Assembly: GCF_001194135.2 (NCBI RefSeq)
Contig: NC_068993.1
Span: 28,039,908 to 28,103,907 of the forward strand
Direction of reading: 5' to 3'
DNA length: 64,000 bases
Source of the DNA: Octopus bimaculoides
Lineage: Eukaryota
Made by a program: the position numbers and the translations under genes. The notes under the pieces are model-generated. The model was given only the letters and a program-made list of their open reading frames with translations, was not told where the DNA came from and ran no database searches. Below, piece by piece: positions 60,837-64,000 of the stretch (its first letter is position 1; each line of letters begins with the position of its first letter).

Positions 60837-61826
60837 TCAGTATTTCATATGTAGTCCTCTGTTGTGAATCACAGCATCAATTCTGTTGGGTATTGACAAG
60901 CACAATGTTTCGCACAAATCAGGTGTTATCTCCATAGCCCAGACTATTTTGAGGGAATTTGTCAACTCGAATAGTGATGTCAGATTACAAGCAGCTACTT
61001 TCTATTTCAGAATAACCCAACAATGCCTTACTGGGTTGAGATCCAGAGAGTTTCCTGACCACGGATCCAAGATCTCATACCCACAATTGCTTAGCCACTG
61101 CTTTACTGCTTGTCTGGTGGCACGGCATGCCATCATGCTGTAAGTGTGTACACTGCTTGATCTCCATAAATGGTGGGACTTTCGTTTGTAGAATTTCAAG
61201 GAAATTAGTTCCCTTGATAGTTGTACCCTCTGGCATAAACCATAGTCTGCATTTTCCACCAGCACAAATAACTCCCCACACCATAACTTTTGGAGCATTT
61301 TTAACACTTGGGATAATGTAATGAGGATTATCACTTCACTTAGGAGGTCGTCTCACATGTCTACAAAATGCATAAAATTGTGACACTGGTGTTTCATCCA
61401 AAAACAACTCATTTCCAATGTTCGACTGACTGATTTTTATACTTTTGGCAAAATGCCAAATGATCAGTAATATTTTTCAAGACTAACCTTTGTTTCTTTG
61501 AAGGTTTGTAGGACTTAAGGCTGGCATTAAATAATCTTCTACAAATTGTCATTTCACTAGGAACCTTGAGTAGCTTCGGAAGACTTTCTGGGTGACTTTT
61601 TGGCAGCTAGAATGATAACATTGTCCATTTGTTTGGTGGTGGTTTCTAGGTGACCTGTAGGCTTGTCAAATCCATATTTTTCAGTAGATTTCAAGTTGTT
61701 TATTGACCTTGAAACAATTCTCTGTGCCAATTTCAATCTTACACCAATTTGTCATGTGCTGTATCCTTCTTCATACAGAATTTTTATTTGAGCATGACTT
61801 TCCAACAAAATTCTTCAACCAGGCAT
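60837..61826 (-). mobile_element. Tc1-like transposase pseudogene (about 330 codons)
   Basis: MPG*RILLESHAQIKILYEEGYS..; MVWGVICAGG; LQHDGMPCH; WSGNSLDLNPVRHCWVILK; RIDAVIHNRGLHMKY*. TIRs not identified. Confidence 0.88.
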
Positions 61827-62114
61827 TCTTTACAATGACAGGAAAATATCAACAAGAACGAGTCACCATAAGATATTTTAGTGATAGCTTATCAGAGATT
61901 GGATCAGTCAATCAGAGCATATCAACCAATCAGGACTGAGTAATCATGCAGTAAACACATTAACACTGAGTGATAAAGAACAGATTTGAACAATTGACAA
62001 GTGATAAAAAAATAGCATCACTGGGATGAATTCTTGTTTATAAATCAATGAGTCACCCATTCTGCCCACGACTGTATATATATGCATACACACACACAGA
62101 CATACAAATATATA

Positions 62115-63365
62115 CAAAGAGGTACCCAAAAGTAACTGGAAACATTCTCTATGGGACAAGCATTGTAGTTCAGGCTAGAAGCCACTTGATGTGACCTTCA
62201 GGCATCAGTCTGTCAACCGACATCATTGATTGGTGTTGCACTGCTGTGTGGTGCATCTTTGTTTTGCAGTGCTTCTCCCCTGTTCATTGATTTTTGCGGT
62301 GATTGAAATGAAGGGACACTGTGCTTCCATGAAATTCTGTTTTCTACTGGAGAAAACAGCAGTTGAACAGATGTCATGCTTCAAACAGCTTACAAGGATG
62401 CTGCTATGAGTAAAACACAAGTTTACAAGTGGATTTTACACTTTAGGAATGGTTACTTGTTGTGAAGATCAACCTTGTTTGGGGCGACCAGTAACCTACT
62501 GAACAAATGAAAACATCACGGAAATTCATGAACTGATCTTGCAGGACCATTACCGAACAAGTGATGAAATTGTTGATATGACTGGTGTGTCCTGGAGTTC
62601 CTGCCAATGAATTTTGAGTGAGGAATTGCAAATAAAAAAGAATAGCAGCAAAATTTGTGCCTCACTTACTAACAGAAGATCAAAAACAGTCATGACTGAA
62701 TGCGTGTTGTGAACTGAAAGAATAATGGAAGTTGATCAGAACCTTTTTCTAATCCCTGGTAACAAAAGCTGGTGCTATGGCTACGAGCCGAAAGTGAAGC
62801 AGCAATCACATCAATGGAAGCATTCAATATCACCATGCCCCCAAAAAGTGCTGATTTGTTTCATTGATGTGAAAGGAATTGTCCACACAGTATTTATTCC
62901 TCCTGATCAAACTGTTAACCAGACATTGTACTTGGCAGTTGTGAAGCATTTGTGAGACAAAAACACCCCAACCAGTGAACAAAGTGGAGAGTGGTGGTTT
63001 CACCTTTGCACACTGCATTAAGTGTGAGACGGTTATCGACCAGAAATGGCATGACCCCATGTACCCACCCTCTCTATTTACTTGACCTTGCTCTCACCAA
63101 CATTTTTTTGTTCCCCTGAATGAAAAAAAGTCCATAAAGGAAAACATTTTGCTGATGTGGAAGAGGTGAAGAACAAAATGTTGGAGGCATTAAAAGGCAT
63201 CACTTCACAAGAGTTCAAGGACTGCTTTGAACAGTAGAAAGCGTGTCTGGACCGAAGCATTGTGTCAAATGGAGATAACTTTGAAGACAATAAAACTGTA
63301 AACATGTAAAACTGAGGGAATAAAATAATACTGTAAAATTCCAGTTTCTTTTGGGTACCCCCTCG
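62115..63365 (+). mobile_element. Full-length decayed mariner transposon (about 1.25 kb)
   Basis: TIRs caaagaggtacccaaaagtaactggaa / ttccagtttcttttgggtaccccctcg with TA flanks. Protein KDAAMSKTQVYKW, GNKSWCYGYEPKVKQQSHQW and a decayed HPPYSPDL. Confidence 0.92.
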
Positions 63366-63895
63366 TATATGTCTACACATACACACACAAAGTAATTAAA
63401 TCATGTAATCTGGCAGTTCTGGCAAGCATAGCCAATGATTCTTGTCTGTCAACAATATCGGTATGAGTGCTTTTATGCACCATGAATCCATATGAAAAGT
63501 CCTCTCATGTGATCTCGCAAAATGGCCAAGTTAAATTGGATGGAGATGGGGGGGGGGGGGGGAGAGACACTATTATATGGTTCTATGTTGACCATCTCTG
63601 GACCTCATCAGTTGACTCCACATATCTCAACAGATGAGATCCAGAAATCTCATATATGCATGTGTGTGTGTGTGTGTGTGTAGGTTGTTGAGTCAAACGT
63701 TTTGCAATATTTTGGTAACTTATTTGTTTTATTCATCAAGCAGTATAGCATGCAAAGTAGAGGCCATCACATTGCATCATTTGAAGCCACCTTTCTGCCA
63801 TTTCTTTGATTCCATGCAGATGCCAATTCTTGTACTTCAAGGCCATAAATAAAGCAAATAAGCTATCAAAATATTGCTAAACTTTTGACTCAACA

Positions 63896-63898
<3 letters not shown>

Positions 63899-63931
<33 letters not shown>
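63899..63931. repeat. (AT)n microsatellite followed by a family-A SINE tail starting near the window end
   Basis: Seen directly; ttttacttgcttcggtcatgtgactgcagcca at the window end. Confidence 0.85.
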
Positions 63932-63934
<3 letters not shown>

Positions 63935-64000
63935 TTGCTCAGGATTAAAATGGCATAGTTTTTTATTGTTTTACTTGCTTCGGTCATGTGACTGCAGCCA

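Overview
AT-rich, gapped eukaryotic scaffold. Dense (CA)n/(TA)n/(GA)n microsatellites, tRNA-headed SINEs, RTE LINEs with (GAT)n tails and many Penelope-like pieces suggest an octopus genome; this is inferred from the repeat landscape and not verified. The one host gene I can support is a minus-strand Tec/Btk-family tyrosine kinase. Its first two coding exons (25072-24926 and 484-386) splice in frame into the N-terminal PH domain across a 24.4 kb intron. The rest is mostly decayed transposons: a three-level nest (piggyBac in pogo/Tigger in a Gypsy LTR element, with both DNA-transposon target sites reconstructable), three mariners, a mariner MITE, a Tc1, RTE, Tx1 and Hero LINE fragments, Penelope-like elements and two SINE families. 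The most unusual signals are Penelope-associated palindromes with hammerhead-ribozyme-like cores, an apparent 72-nt GT-AG intron in the pogo transposase, and two 5'-inverted LINE copies. I found no CRISPR, rRNA, true tRNA or clearly new multi-gene system. All calls are by eye, and boundaries of decayed repeats are approximate.
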